Part shown: piece by piece, positions 51,534 through 63,876 of the stretch
Numbering within the stretch: position 1 is the stretch's first letter
Layout: every line of letters starts with the position of its first letter
Assembly (NCBI GenBank): GCA_951406725.2
Contig: OX597817.1
Coordinates: 17,298,001 to 17,362,000, forward strand
Reading direction: 5' to 3'
DNA length: 64,000 nucleotides
From: Octopus vulgaris
Lineage: Eukaryota
Program-made: the position numbers and the translations under genes
Notes under the pieces: generated by a model
Databases searched by the model: none
The model's input: the letters and a program-made list of their open reading frames with translations, nothing else
Told to the model about the DNA's origin: nothing

Positions 51534-52639
51534 AGATTTGCATGCATGAATAATTGGTATTCTACATCACACACAAGAAAAAAGACTTACACAGGTTTGT
51601 ACATACATGTGTAGATATATGTTTAACTCTGATCATTAAAAATCCTCAGATACATAAGATAAAGAAATACTGCAGTCCCACCTCCAATATTTGCTGAATC
51701 TCTACAAAGATCAAATGAGATCTACAATAGACTACTGCTACCACATCTGAGACATTGTTACTGCTATACATACCTACATTCAGGACTGAATTTTTTTTTA
51801 AAAAAAGGCCAACAAGATACCCATTTGATTGGCATAGAGTCGCTCACTCAGGCAGTCACCAATAAGCTTCAAACTCTAACCCATACATGTACAGTTTCCT
51901 TACTTAAAAAAAAAAAAGAAAATAAGTGACTTAGAAATCAAATGGTAGCGATATATAAACCTATTAGCCAGAGAGAAACAAGAAGGGTTAAGTTTTTTGT
52001 TTTAGATTCAGGTCAGCTCTGATTAAGCAAACCAGTAACTCAACACATTTAGGAGTCGGATAAGATTTGAAGAAATTTTGCTGCTATTTCTACCAAATCG
52101 AACAACCACATAGAGGTTTACTTGTTGGCGCGTCTTCAATGATTTATGTTCGGAAAAACTACGAACCCTACAACTTAACATATTACGATTCTATTCATTG
52201 CAATAAATTTCCAAGGGAAATAACTCTTTCTAGTTTTTAGATAATTACTTTTCTTGTTTGTATGATACAATGGTAGAAATACACTAATTTCTTTAACGAC
52301 CTTTTTATAAGAGTTTAATGTTTTCATGTCTTTACCAAGATTATTACCGATGTAAAGGAACAGTTTAACAATGGATCACAGAACTTTCTACAAGATATAT
52401 AACACGAATTTGAAGTTAGTTTCCCTTTCTCGGGGTGGTGAATATATGATTAACAATGTATTTCGTTACATATTTGTCTCTGCTGTTCTTTTGCTAGTTT
52501 ATTAGTTTGTGGAAGTTTATAGTAATTTACTTGAAACAAATATCTCAGTGGAGAAATGACAATCAAGTTGCTATTTTCAATATCACAACCGTCACATATA
52601 TCAATAAAGAGTCTTTGCATTAGGGACTGCATTGACAAG

Positions 52640-53020
52640 ACAAATGAGTGCAAGAGAAGAAATATGCTGAGCTGGTAGAACTCTGCCATAGCAATGGTTG
52701 GCAAGCAAGGTATGATCCCATAGAGGAAAGATGTAGAGGGTTCGTGGGCCAGTCCTTCTGCAGAAGTTACATGCTAAGCATCACAGAGTCCAGTAGGTGG
52801 AAAACCATTAGGTTGGCTATGGGGACTACAGAGGTTGCCTCAATGTAGCTGTAAGTTAGGAGGTGCAAGCTCTGGAAGTGGCAGTGCTAGGAGGGATTGT
52901 GATAACTGGGTTTGATCAACTCTTACTGGGTCATCTGGGGGAGAACGTCTGATGTTGAAAAATCCAAAATACCTAATAACCCCAAGAAACATTGGTGATG
53001 AAGTGTCCAGGTACATCACA
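52640..53020 (+). mobile_element. HERO/NeSL-like RLE retrotransposon 3' fragment
   Basis: KYAELVELCHSNGWQARYDPIEERCRGFVGQS resembles the RLE C-terminus (KY.EL...GW...P.EVG.RGF). Confidence 0.7.
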
Positions 53021-53045
53021 GGATGAGTATGGAAAAAAAATTCTC

Positions 53046-53108
<63 letters not shown>

Positions 53109-53128
53109 ATATATATATATATATATAT

Positions 53129-53741
53129 ACTCTCTTTTACTCTCTTTTACATGTTTCAGTCATTTGACTGCGGCCATGCTGGAGCACCGCCTTTAGTCGA
53201 GCAACTCGACCCCGGCACTTATTCTTTGTAAGCCCAGTACTTATTCTATTGGTCTCTTTTTGCCGAACCGCTAAATGACGGGGACATAAACACACCAGCA
53301 TCGGTTGTCAAGCAATGCTAGGGGGACAAACACAGACACACATACACATACATATACATATATATATATACGACAGGCTTCTTTCAGTTTCCGTCTACCA
53401 AATCCACTCACAAGGCATTGGTCGGCTCGGGGCTATAGCAGAAGACACTTGCCCAAGATGCCATGCAGTGGGACTGAACCCGGAACCATGTGGTTGGTTA
53501 GCAACCACACAGCCACTCCTGATACTCTTTACTCTTTTACTTGTTTCAGTCATTTGACTGCAGCCATGCTGGAGCACCGCCTTTTAGTTGAGCAAATTGA
53601 CCCTGGGACTTATTCTTTGTAAGCCCAATAATTATTCTATCGGTCTCTTTTGCCGAACTGCTAAATGACAGGGACGTAAACACACCAGCATCGGTTGTCA
53701 AGCAATGCTAGGGGGACAAACACAGACACACAAACATATAT

Positions 53742-53772
<31 letters not shown>

Positions 53773-53938
53773 CATATATACGACAGGCTTCTTTCAGTTT
53801 CCGTCTACCAAATCCACTCACAAGGCATTGGTCGGCTCGAGGCTATAGCAGAAGACACTTGCCCAAGATGCCATGCAGTGGGACTGAACCCGGAACCATG
53901 TGGTTGGTAAGCAAGCTACTTACCACACAGCCACTCCT
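53129..53938 (-). mobile_element. Two head-to-tail SINE family A copies
   Basis: Copies at 53129-53521 and 53524-53938. Confidence 0.9.
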
Positions 53939-53966
53939 ACACAGCTACATACATATATATATATAC

Positions 53967-53999
<33 letters not shown>

Positions 54000-54448
54000 A
54001 AGGACGCACAACTAAACACCTCAATGTTACACTAATGTTAGGTCACATGATTCTGATTATGTTGTATGGCAACCTCAAATACGGTCTTGTTTGCTCTTCA
54101 ATATTCAGAAATGACCAAGATCCCCTACCTCTTAGAGACCAACAGCATTTCTTTTAAGAATATCCACAATGGAGGACACAGTTGCAACCAGAGATTCGTT
54201 TATTATCATCAGCATCATTGAATGTCCACTTTTCCATGTATGCAGAGGTGAGACAGAATTTGTTGAGGCAGGTTTTCTAGAGGAGCCAGATGCCCTCTCT
54301 GACAATAACATTTACCTGTTTCTTAGTAAGGTAACATTTCCCCAAGACCAGACGTTTTCATGGAAAACTAGAAATGAACATCATCACTCATATGATGATG
54401 ATACTCATTTATAACCCTCACATGATGTCAAGGCAAAGGTATACACAA

Positions 54449-55270
54449 GGTGGCAAGCTGGCAGATAAGGCGGCGAGCTGGCAGAAAAGGCGGCGAGCTG
54501 GCAGAAACGTTAGCACGTCGGGCGAAATGCTTAGCGGTATTTCCTCTGCCGTTACGTTGTGAGTTCAAATTCCGCCGAGGTCGACTTTACCTTTCATCCT
54601 TTCGGGGTTGATAAATTAAAGTACCAGTTACGCACTGGGGTCGATGTAATCGACTTAATACCTATGTCTGTCCTTGTTTGTCCCCTCTATGTTTAGCCCC
54701 TTGTGGGTAATAAAGAAATAGGTATTTCGTCTGCCGTTATGTTGTGAGTTCAAATTCTGCCGAGGTCGACTTTACCTTTCATCCTTTCGGGGTCGATAAA
54801 TTAAGTACCAGTTACGCACTGGGGTCGATGTAATCGACTTAATACCTATGTCTGTCCTTGTTTGTCCCTTCTATGTTTAGCCCCTTGTGGGTAATAAAGA
54901 AATAGGTATTTCGTCTGCCGTTATGTTGTGAGTTCAAATTCTGCCGAGGTCGACTTTACCTTTCATCCTTTCGGGGTCGATAAATTAAGTACCAGTTACG
55001 CACTGGGGTCGATGTAATCGACTTAATACCTATGTCTGTCCTTGTTTGTCCCTTCTATGTTTAGCCCTTGTGGGTAATAAAGAAATAGGTATTTCGTCTG
55101 CCATTATGTTGTGAGTTCAAATTCTGCCAAGGTCGACTTTACCTTTCATCCTTTCGGGGTCGATAAATTAAGTACCAGTTACGCACTGGGGTGATGTAAT
55201 CGACTTAATACCTATGTCTGTCCTTGTTTGCCCCTTCTATGTTTAGCCCCTTGTGGGTAATAAAGAAATG
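54449..55270 (+). mobile_element. Multimeric SINE family B insertion (triplicated ~20-bp head, four ~184-bp bodies)
   Basis: Units start at about 54537, 54721, 54906 and 55088; one TSD GGTATACACAA at 54438-54448 and 55271-55281. Confidence 0.9.
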
Positions 55271-56400
55271 GGTATACACAACCACACACACTTCTTTTGC
55301 TTTCTGTCTACCACAAGGCTTTGGTTGGCCCAAAGCTATAGTAAAAGAAATTTGTTCAATGTGCCTCACATCGGGACTGAACTCATGATCACAAGGTTGG
55401 TAAGCAAGCTTCTAAACCACACAGCCACACCTACATAACTATTGTTTTGTGCACTTCCGTGAGAAAGGTTCTATGAAAGTGGCAGTATTTTATTGTTGCA
55501 GAGATGCTAATAGCTCATTTGCCATGAGGAAAGGTCCGGTGTCTGAAGCATGGAACAAACTGCCTGCGTCAGTTGTTGACTGCCATGACACTGCATCCTT
55601 TAAGGCCCTCATGCTTTCCGAAATCCGCCGAAACTACACCTGATTATACATACACTTTAGATGAATTGTAGTGCACCTGAGCACTGTACACAATGTTTTA
55701 TTATTATTATTATTATTATTATTATATTCTGAAGTATTTTGAGTTTGACTTGTGAAGGGTTTGGATTAACAGAGATGTTGAGGTAGGGGTGCTGTACTGG
55801 ATGACCAGTCTCACTGTCTGTTCCCCGATTTCCTGGGCCAGTAGCAAGTTGAGCTGAGCTGATTAGAGTTACACCAGGAATGCAGTGGGATGTCAAGACC
55901 TATATTTTCACTGTACTCACAACAATGATGTTTTCTGTCGTCTGTTGAACTTTGGTCATTGATGGTAAGTTTCTTCCACACAGTCTGCTGGAAGTCATTC
56001 TTACATTTATTTGTATAGTCACAGGCACTTACCGAATTTCATCTAAAGTTATCAACCACCTGCAACCTAGTTTAGCCAACCTTCCAGTGCCATTGCTCAG
56101 AAGGTGGCATACAGTCATATGCAAAGTAGTTAACGCATAATAACTTTGCCAAAATTTGCATCTCAAAAGACTGGTATTTCGTTTCATGAATAGGAAATAT
56201 TTCAGCTTTGACCAATTTCTGATTCTCTAAAAAGTTCGTATGTACCCACATTGGACTTCTACACGTATATCTGAGAAAGTACTGCTGCTACGCCTACAAA
56301 CATCTTAGACCACTTAAAAAAAGAAAACCATCCACCCACTAAAGACACACTCACCAACATGTGCCAGCAACTAACTCACAGACGTGCTGTTCCCTCCTCC

Positions 56401-56543
<143 letters not shown>

Positions 56544-56878
56544 CCACCACCACTGTACTATTACAATGGAATCTGCTGTTCTAAGCTACCAGCCTGCCTA
56601 TCACCCTTCCTGCAAGCTCATTCAGTGCACCAACTTCTCGTCTTCTTCTTGTTTTACTTATTGCATCTCACCTTGCGGATATCATATTAAACATTCTACT
56701 AAAACATTCCACTTCAGGACAGAAACTTTCTGGGATTTCCAGTCAATGCAGCCATGCTGGAGCACTGCCTTAGAAGTCTGTCGCCGATCATCTCATTTCT
56801 AAAACCTATTTCAGTTTGGTACTTATTTTATTGCTGTCTCTTCAGCAAATAGCAAAACTACTGTTTGATATAAACATA

Positions 56879-57043
56879 GGCGCAGGAGTGGCTGTGTGGT
56901 AAGTAGCTTGCTAACCAACCACATGGTTCCGGGTTCAGTCCCACTGCGTGGCATCTTGGGCAAGTGTCTTCTGCTATAGCCCCGGGCCGACCAATGCCTT
57001 GTGAGTGGATTTGGTAGACGGAAACTGAAAGAAGCCCGTCGTA

Positions 57044-57090
<47 letters not shown>

Positions 57091-57307
57091 TTGTGTGTGT
57101 GTGTTTGTCCCCCCAACATCGCTTGACAACCGATGCTGGTGTGTTTATGTCCCCGTCACTTAGCGGTTCGGCAAAAGAGACCGATAGAATAAGTACTGGG
57201 CTTACATAGAATAAGTCCTGGGGTCGAGTTGCTCGACTAAAGGCGGTGCTCCAGCATGGCCGCAGTCAAATGACTGAAACAAGTAAAAGAGTAAAAGAGT
57301 AAAGAGT
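56879..57307 (+). mobile_element. SINE family A copy
   Basis: Full-length match to family A. Confidence 0.9.
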
Positions 57308-57621
57308 ATGTTGGGGTTGTGTTTGATTTTATTTCATAACCCAGTCTATCCCTGCAACCTTTTGGTTATCTTTTATCTTTTACTTGTTTCAGCCATCAGA
57401 CTGTGGCCATGGTGGGGCACAGCCTTGAAGAAGTTTTAGTCAAATGAATCAATCCCAGTACTTACTTTTTTCCTTCTAGAAGCCTGATACTTATTTTATT
57501 GACCTATTTTGCTGAACTGTTAAGTTACAGGGATGCAGACACACAAACATAGGTTGCCAAGTAGTGGTGTGGGACAAACACAAATACAAACACACACACA
57601 CACACACGTATATGTATGTGT

Positions 57622-57971
57622 CATCATCATCATCATCATCGTTTAACGTCCGTTTTCCGCGCTAGCATGGGTTGGACGGTTCGACCGGGGTCTGGGAAGC
57701 CAGGGGCTGCACCAGGCTCCAGTCTGATCTGGCAGTGTTTCTATGGCTGGATGTCCTTCCTAACGCCAACCACTCCGCGAGTGTAGTGGGTGCTTTTTAC
57801 GTGCCACCGGCACAGGTGCCAGGGGAGTCTGGCATCAGCCACGATCGGTTGGTGCTTTTAAACCGATTGTGGCCAATGCCAGACTCCCCTGGCTCCTGTG
57901 CCGGTGGCACGTAAAAAGCACCCACTACACTCGCGGAGTGGTTGGCGTTAGGAAGGGCATCCAGCTGTAGA
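57622..57971 (-). mobile_element. RTE-LINE 3' end with fold-back inversion, nested in an old family-A SINE
   Basis: 57741-57851 is the near-exact reverse complement of 57861-57971; the host SINE halves are at 57370-57610 and 57990-58150. Confidence 0.85.
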
Positions 57972-58479
57972 GTGTGTGTATATATATATACAATGGGTGT
58001 CTTTCAGTTTCCGTTCACCAAATCCACTTGCAAGCTTTGGTCAGCCTGAGGCTATAACAGAAGGCACTTGCCCAAGGTACCATGCAGTGGGACTGAACCC
58101 AGAACCATGTGGTTGGGAAGCAAGCTTCTTACCACATAGCTATGTCTGCACTTCAGCTGGTGATGTATGTTTTGAAGGTGATGTTTTCTCAACTCAAGTT
58201 TTCATATTGCTGTTGATGGTGGATGTTGCTGGTGATAGTATTTTAATTGATAGATCTTTTTTATTCAGATTTCTCTGATAAATACTTTCTTTTTCTCTCT
58301 CTTGGGAACACACTTCTATTGGTGTAAATAAGTTTTGCTGGAGCATGATTTGAACATGTATTTATGACAATGATCTCAGACTTGTGAATGACAGACCAGT
58401 TGATAAATCCTTAAATCCTTAAAAATGTTTTAGCCCGAAGGCTGCGGACATGCTGGGGCACCACTGCTGAAAGTAACAG

Positions 58480-59560
58480 ATCTTGTCTAAATGATTCCCA
58501 AGTCTGCTTTGTGTAGATTGTTGTTATTGAACAGGTGCACTAGGACAATGGGACTAAATTGACTCTGGCATGTTGGAAACAAAAGACTGCAGTAGTATCA
58601 CATTCTCATGGTCAGAAAAATGCATTTTCTCAACTGAAGTATTTGTGGATAGAACTAGAATGGTTTGTTAATATCAGGTCCAAGACATTGTCGCTTTGTC
58701 TTGTTGGCTCAAGCACAAGTTGGGATAGAAAAAAATTCATCCATGAAGTTAAATAGTAATTATAAAGCTGTTTTGTCTGGCGTTGAGATGCATTTACCTG
58801 CTTTGATATATGTACGATTAGCTTCAAGGTTCATCCAAGACTGGGACCACAGGCCATACGTCCCCTGCCCAATTCAAGATCACAGCATACATGTACACTG
58901 CTACATAATTTCTTTTCCTCAACAGGCCCTACCCTACTTAACATTGTCCCGAAAGAAATCAAAGAGGAAAAGGATCCCATCAACTTTAAACGGAGTCTGG
59001 ATAGATTCCTTCAAAGAATACCAGATAAGCCACCCATAATTGGATACAACTCACCCAACAAAAACTCACTACTTGAATGGACCATAAACAAAACTTGACT
59101 TAAACAGGATTCAAATAATCCTATCAGGTGGTGCTATTAAGTTAGACATGGCCTGGACCAATCTTTGGTCGAAACATATCTAAGTTTTATCTAAGTTTAT
59201 GTAGGCCTGTTCACATTAGAGAAAATTAAAATTACAAATCACTAATGTTTTTCCCAGAGTTGTGTTTTTCAAGAAAGGGCTTGACTTTGTTGAGGTGCTC
59301 TTCAAAACATTGTAAAAGTGCTTGAGGAGATCTTTTGAGATCAACTATAATTAAATCATTAACTTTACAATATACAGATTCAAATTCACAATAACCATTG
59401 GAAAATAAATTCTTTGCTTCCATGGCAAGGGAACAATGGAGAAAAACGGCTGCTCCTTATTTTGGCCAGTACAATCTGCATGGATAATGGTGAAATGTTT
59501 GCTTTTTAGCTCAATGTCCATGTGGGAATGGTTTAAGTGGGTCAGGTACAGACATGGCAG
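58480..59560 (-). mobile_element. Fossil LINE APE-endonuclease region, interrupted by a plus-strand CR1/Jockey-like 3' end (~58820-59200)
   Basis: LSQLVLEPTRQSDNVLDLILTN and FSNGYCE...LIIVDLKRSP; the insert encodes FKRSLDRFLQRIPDKP and has a TATCTAAGTTT tandem tail. Confidence 0.65.
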
Positions 59561-59695
59561 CAGGATTAAGCTGTGTGCTTCCCAGCTACCCAGCCATATG
59601 GTTTCAGGTTCTATTCCATTGTGTAATACAGTCCTAGTGTGACCAAAGCCTTGTGAGTGGAAACTGAAAGAAGCCCATCATAAGTATATATATAT

Positions 59696-60084
59696 CATCA
59701 TCATCATCATCATCATCGTTTATCGTCTGCTTTCCATGCTAGCATGGGTTGGACGATTTTGACTGAGGGCTGGCGAACCAGATGGCTGCACCAGGCTTCA
59801 ATCTTGATCTGGCAGAATTTCTACAGCTGGATGCTCTTCCTAATGCCAACCACTCCGAGAGTGTAGTGGGTGCTTTTTACGTGCCACCGGCACGGGGGCC
59901 AGTCAGGCGGTACTGGCAATAACCTCGCTCAAATTTTTTTACACATGCCACCAGCACAGGTGCCAGTGAAGCGACGTTGGTAATGATCATGCTCGAATGG
60001 TGCCCTTTCACGTGCCACAGGTATGGAAGCCAGCACCTGTGGCATGTAAAAGGGCACCATTCGAGCGTGATCGTTACCAACGTC
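59696..60084 (-). mobile_element. RTE-LINE 3' end with VNTR
   Basis: Same subfamily as 2252-2654. Confidence 0.85.
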
Positions 60085-60398
60085 CCATGTCATTAACCAG
60101 AAAAATGCAAAGATTCACTCATAAATTAAAAATAATCATTATATCATAAACACACTTACTACTCAATATCTGACATTAAACCTTGATTACTTCTTACATA
60201 CAAATTAAACTTTGCTTCTCTCTCTCTCTCTCTCTCTCATGCACCCAAACTCTCCACCACACACACACACACAAAGTAAGCAAATATATACACATACACT
60301 CGGTGCCAAGTAGTTGAAACAATGATCTGCAGCCATGCCGTGATACGCATGGCTGATTATGGAATCACAGATGTACCTTGATTAGCAATCTATCCAGG

Positions 60399-61534
60399 TT
60401 ATCCTTGCATCATCTTTTCATTTGACAGTTGAGCAATGAAGCTCTGAGTCTGCATAGTTTTAAAGATTCTCAAAGCTTTTTTGGCAGCAGCACTCTTTGC
60501 AATGCGATAATTCCGTCCGACACCATTATAAACACCTTTACCAGCAACTTTGACTGTAACTTGGATTTTACCATTTACTGTCCTCTCAGGTTTTTCAAAT
60601 TTAGCAGTTTCTGGTTCCAGTTCCAATAATTCTCGTACAGGTGACTTTGGAATACTTTTCAAATATTTCTCAATTTGTGGCTTCATTATACGATAGTAAA
60701 CTTTCCAGACCACATCTAAAGACCTGTTGCTGTCAAGATAGATAGCACCAGCAACAGACTCAAATATATCACCAAGGGCTTTGGGAATTTCCATTTCAAC
60801 AACTTCTTCATCAGGACGTTCTTCTCCTTCATCTTGGAATTCTTCATCAAAATCTATTTCATCTTCCTTTTCCTTTTGGCGAGCAACAAATCTTTCAATC
60901 ACATTAAACAGTTCCGGAGATATGGCTTTGAAAAACTTATGGAAGTTCCATTTGACAGCTAATACAGCAAAAATGTTGTTATTGACTAGAGCTGACCGTA
61001 GGTCAGTGAGAACCCCAGGAGAATAATGCTGAGAGTCTTCGTAAAGATGGCGAGTGATCACGTAATCCAAAATTGCATCACCTAAAAATTCCAGATGCTG
61101 GTAGCAGTCAGTCACTGTGTTATAATGATATGATGCATGTGTGAAAGCTTGTAGGAGATAAGATCGGTCAGAGAATTTGTAGCCAATCTCTTTCTCGAAA
61201 GTTTCATAGCCATCAAGTAAGCATTCAAGAACTTCTTCAGCATTAATTGTATGAGTAAGGAGTGGTGAGAGAGGAGTTTCCAGCTCATCCAGTTGGTGTT
61301 CAGTGATATTTTCATCATATTGCTCCTGCAAAATGTGCTTTTGAGGAAGCACTTTTAGACCGAGCCATGACATGAAAAGAAGAGCAGCTCTCTTCCCACA
61401 GCAAGTCAGATAGCAACCAATAAGGGCTTCAACACAGTCTGCTACACTTTTGTCTGGAATGCTATGAATTGTTTGCAAGCTATATGGAACAAGCGGCTTT
61501 TCATTTGTAGAACTACCACAACCACTGACACCAT
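60399..61534 (-). CDS. DICER1: Dicer-1 C-terminal coding segment (RNase IIIa end, RNase IIIb, dsRBD); terminal exon or truncated copy
   Basis: [25 protein letters not shown] (IIIa); [52 protein letters not shown] (IIIb); [10 protein letters not shown]...[16 protein letters not shown] (dsRBD). Frame open from the TAA at 60399 to an upstream in-frame stop at 61569-61571. Confidence 0.9.
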
Positions 61535-61887
61535 CTTGTATGTGTATGTGTATATGTATGTGTTTATATTAAAAGATTTGTTATAAAAAGTTCCGCATTT
61601 ATGAATTATCATATTTTTCTGTTTAAAAATTCATAGTTTTGAAGAGAAATTAATCAGTGATTTTCTTCATTGTTTTGAATGGATACACTATTCACTATCA
61701 TTAATAATAGTAGAGTTTCTAAGGATTAATGTCCTTCTTATCACCAGCCCTCACCTGTTTTGAAATAAGGTAATGTTTCCTCATAGCCAGACATGTTTTC
61801 ATAAATGACTGGTAAAGAATAATAACACTGTCTGTACAACACTGATTCTTGCTTACAGCTACCATGTGATGTCAAGACAATCACACA

Positions 61888-61965
<78 letters not shown>

Positions 61966-61966
<1 letters not shown>

Positions 61967-62202
61967 CATTGTTCGACCGTGGTCGAGACAATGGAATTTA
62001 TTATGCTACGCCAGACTTCACGGTCCATCATAGCATTATGGAGGTCCTTTTGCTGGATGCCTGTATCCCTGGAGATTACATCAGGGTAGGAGAGTGTGCG
62101 CCCTCTGGTATCGCGAGCAGATAGCTTCCAGAGGAGAAGAGTAGAAATTACCTCTTTTTCAGCTCTACAACAATGTCCAGCAAACTGGACTCTCCTACCT
62201 TT
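61966..62202 (-). mobile_element. RTE-type LINE 3' end (a different family)
   Basis: RRVQFAGHCCR...LLLW...RGR...MMDREVWR motif. Confidence 0.8.
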
Positions 62203-62507
62203 CACACACACACAGAAACACACATGCATACACACTTAATTACATATATATACACATGTAAATACATTATGCTTTTAAACACAACACATCTATAGGAGAT
62301 ATTTTCTCCAAACAAATTATTGCAGCAACGTTTTTATATTAAGTACAATACATAAATGGCTATGTTAATCTAATACTGCCTCTGCTGCATATAATGGATT
62401 TTTATTGAGCCAGGCAATATATATATCAGTGGTAATGAGTTTCATCTAAGCATGCTGGCTGTGAGCATACACTATTGATAATGCCCAACAAGGTAGAAAT
62501 GCATCTA

Positions 62508-62923
62508 GTGGTGAGCTTGGCAGAATTGTTGGCGCGCTGGACGAAATGTTTAGCGGTATTTCGTCTGTCTTTACTTTCTGAGTTCAAATTCCGCCGAGGT
62601 CGACTTTGCCTTTCATCCTTTCGGGGTCGATGAATTAAGTACCAGTTGCATACTGGGTGTCGGTTTAATCGACTTAATACCTATGTCTGTCCTTGTTTGT
62701 CCCCTCCGTGTTTGGCCCCTTGTGGGTAATAAAGAAATAGGTATTTCGTCTGTCTTTACTTTCTGAGTTCAAATTCTGCCAAGGTCGACTTTGCCTTTCA
62801 TCCTTTCGGGGTCGATGAATTAAGTACCAGTTGCGTACTGGGGTCAGTATAATCGACTTAATCCGTTTGTCTGTCCTTGTTTGTCCCCTCTGTGTGTAGC
62901 TCCTGGTGGGCAGTAAAGAAATA
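62508..62923 (+). mobile_element. Dimeric SINE family B insertion
   Basis: Head plus two bodies joined at GAAATA|GGTATTTCG (~62740); TSD AGAAATGCATC(T/C)AGTG. Confidence 0.88.
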
Positions 62924-63409
62924 AGAAATGCATCCAGTGTTCTCACACACCACAGCTGGGACAAGTTCCATTTCCATCCAATATATACTTATTGTAAGGT
63001 AGAGAGCAGACAAGAACATTAGCACACAGGGCGAAATGCTTAGTATTATTTCATCTGTCTATGTTCTGAGTTCAAATTCCGCCGAGGTCAACTTTGGCTT
63101 TCATCCTTTTGGGGTCGATAAATTACATACCAGTTGCGCACTGGGGTTGATCTAATCCTCCCCCAAAATTTAGGGCCTTGTGCCTAGAGTAGAAAAGAAT
63201 ATATATTTATTGTGTTTTTAAACACAATACATTCATAGAAGATATCTCTGGATGAATACTGCAGAAAATTTTGCCTATCACAATGTATTACATTAAGTAT
63301 GATACATAAATTGGCTATTTTAATCTAATACTGTTCCTGTTCCATATAATGGATATATCTATCTATCTATCTATGTGTTTGTGTGTGTATACATATATAC
63401 ATATATAAG

Positions 63410-63449
<40 letters not shown>

Positions 63450-63452
<3 letters not shown>

Positions 63453-63684
63453 GATTGCACCTAGAAAGTTACCCTCCTAGACACAAGTCCGGGCAAGGTT
63501 GTTTATGGAAGACCAGCAGTCGCCCATGCATACCAGCCTTCCCTCTCCACGCCACCAGTGTTATCCAGGGGAAAGACAAAGGTCGATACAGCTTGGCACC
63601 TGTGACGTCGCAACTCATTTCTACAGCTGAGTTAACTGGAGCAACGTGAAATAAAGTACCTTGCTCAAGAACACAACACGCAGC

Positions 63685-63715
<31 letters not shown>

Positions 63716-63876
63716 TCTCGGAGTGGTTGGCGTTAGGAAGGGCATCCAGCCATAGAAACACTGCCAGATCTGACTGGGCCTGATGAAGCCTTCTGGCTTC
63801 ACAGACCCCAGTAGAACCGTCCAACCCATGCTAGCATGGAAAACGGATGCTAAACGATGATGATGATGATGATGAT
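63450..63876. mobile_element. Partial family-F SINE (63450-63687, minus) and RTE 3' end (63713-63876, plus)
   Basis: Matches to 21588-21935 and to the RTE tail family. Confidence 0.8.

Noticed and set aside
54537-55270. Retrozyme interpretation of the 184-bp tandem array
   Set aside because: No CTGANGA/GAAA hammerhead core found on either strand; the unit is a SINE body.
63780-63805. CTGATGA followed by an AGCC-TTCT-GGCT hairpin
   Set aside because: No GAAA core follows; it is a mutated RTE tail.
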